Assembly: GCA_964016885.1 (NCBI GenBank)
Contig: OZ024742.1
Location: 213,280,001 to 213,344,000, forward strand
DNA length: 64,000 bases
Direction of reading: 5' to 3'
DNA from: Eledone cirrhosa
Taxonomy: Eukaryota
The notes beneath the pieces are model-generated. The model was not told the origin of the DNA. It searched no databases and was given only the letters and a program-made list of their open reading frames with translations. Shown one piece after another: positions 63,161 to 64,000 of this stretch. Position 1 is the stretch's first letter, and every line of letters begins with the position of its first letter. The position numbers and the translations under genes were made by a program.

Positions 63161-63599
63161 AGAATTAATTAATAATTATTAATAATGGTATATCGTGCAA
63201 TGACCATACTTGATAACGAGGGGGCAGCTTTCATCATATATTTATGTTCTTCTGTTTTTTTTTATTTCACTAATTTTTGCCAATAGAGAGACAGTCGGTT
63301 TCTAACATAGATACACCCCAACATAACACCCCAAACATCATTGTTATCATGGTAAGGTGGGGGTGAAAAGTCCGAGAGTGACCCACCCCTCCGTTTTCCA
63401 GGGATAAAAGTCCTTTGCAGGTTATTGGTATGTAATATTAAATGGTACCGCAGGAAAAACCAAGAGAAAATGAAATGGTAAAGAAAACTTGTTCGGAGGG
63501 GGTGGGTGTGAAAAGCTCGAGGGTTCCTCCCTTTTCCGAGAAAAAAGTCCTTGGGTCCATATCAGGAGATGACTTTAATTAATAGCACACGAAAAAACA

Positions 63600-64000
63600 G
63601 CCACAGGAAACAAGTACCACCAATCTCTGGGAGGGCCCTGTAGAAACAGTAGACAGCTTCTGCTACCTAGGTGACCGAATTAGCAACGGAAGTGGGTGCT
63701 CAGAAAGTACAATAACTAGGGTAAGAACGGGATGGAAGAAGTTTAGGGAACTACTACCACTGCTAGCTGCAAAAGGCTTCTCCCTCAGAATGAAAGGCAG
63801 ACTGTATGATGCGTGTATCCGAACAGCGATGTTGCATGGTAGTGAGACCTGGGCGCTGAAGGTGGAAGACTTACGTAGATTAGAGAGAAACGAAGCCTGC
63901 ATGCTCCGATGGATGTGTAACAGTAATATACGTGAACGACAAAGCATAAAGGAATTGAGAGAGAGACTGAGCATAAGAGGAATCAAATGCTGCGTGCAGG
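63600..64000 (+). mobile_element. RTE/RTE-X clade LINE, RT C-terminal fragment; runs off the window end
   Basis: VETVDSFCYLGDRISNGSGC..RVRTGWKKFRELLPLL..KGRLYDACIRTAMLHGSETWAL..MLRWMC. Confidence 0.85.

Overview
Eukaryotic (animal) repeat-dense genomic DNA with no confidently identifiable host protein-coding gene. The SINE content (tRNA+CORE and tRNA+Meta-like SINEs) and the dense (TA)n/(CA)n tracts suggest an octopus/cephalopod origin (inference). Left third: a decayed R4/Dong-type RLE retrotransposon, a decayed Helitron, SINEs, an RTE 5'UTR fragment and a cluster of fold-back Penelope-like (PLE) pseudo-LTRs carrying hammerhead ribozyme motifs. Centre (23.2-54.4 kb): an uninterrupted ~31-kb head-to-tail array of seven co-oriented Tx1/L1-clade retrotransposons of about four subfamilies, with a (TATC)n microsatellite at every 5' junction. 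One copy keeps an open 1,143-codon ORF2 (EN-RT-ZnF). Across subfamilies these elements conserve splice-site-like motifs overlapping both ORF stop codons, covarying 3'UTR stem-loops and an unnamed ORF1 C-terminal domain. Right end: more PLE fold-backs with GIY-YIG remnants and hammerheads, plus R4 and RTE fragments. All identity statements are by-eye estimates.
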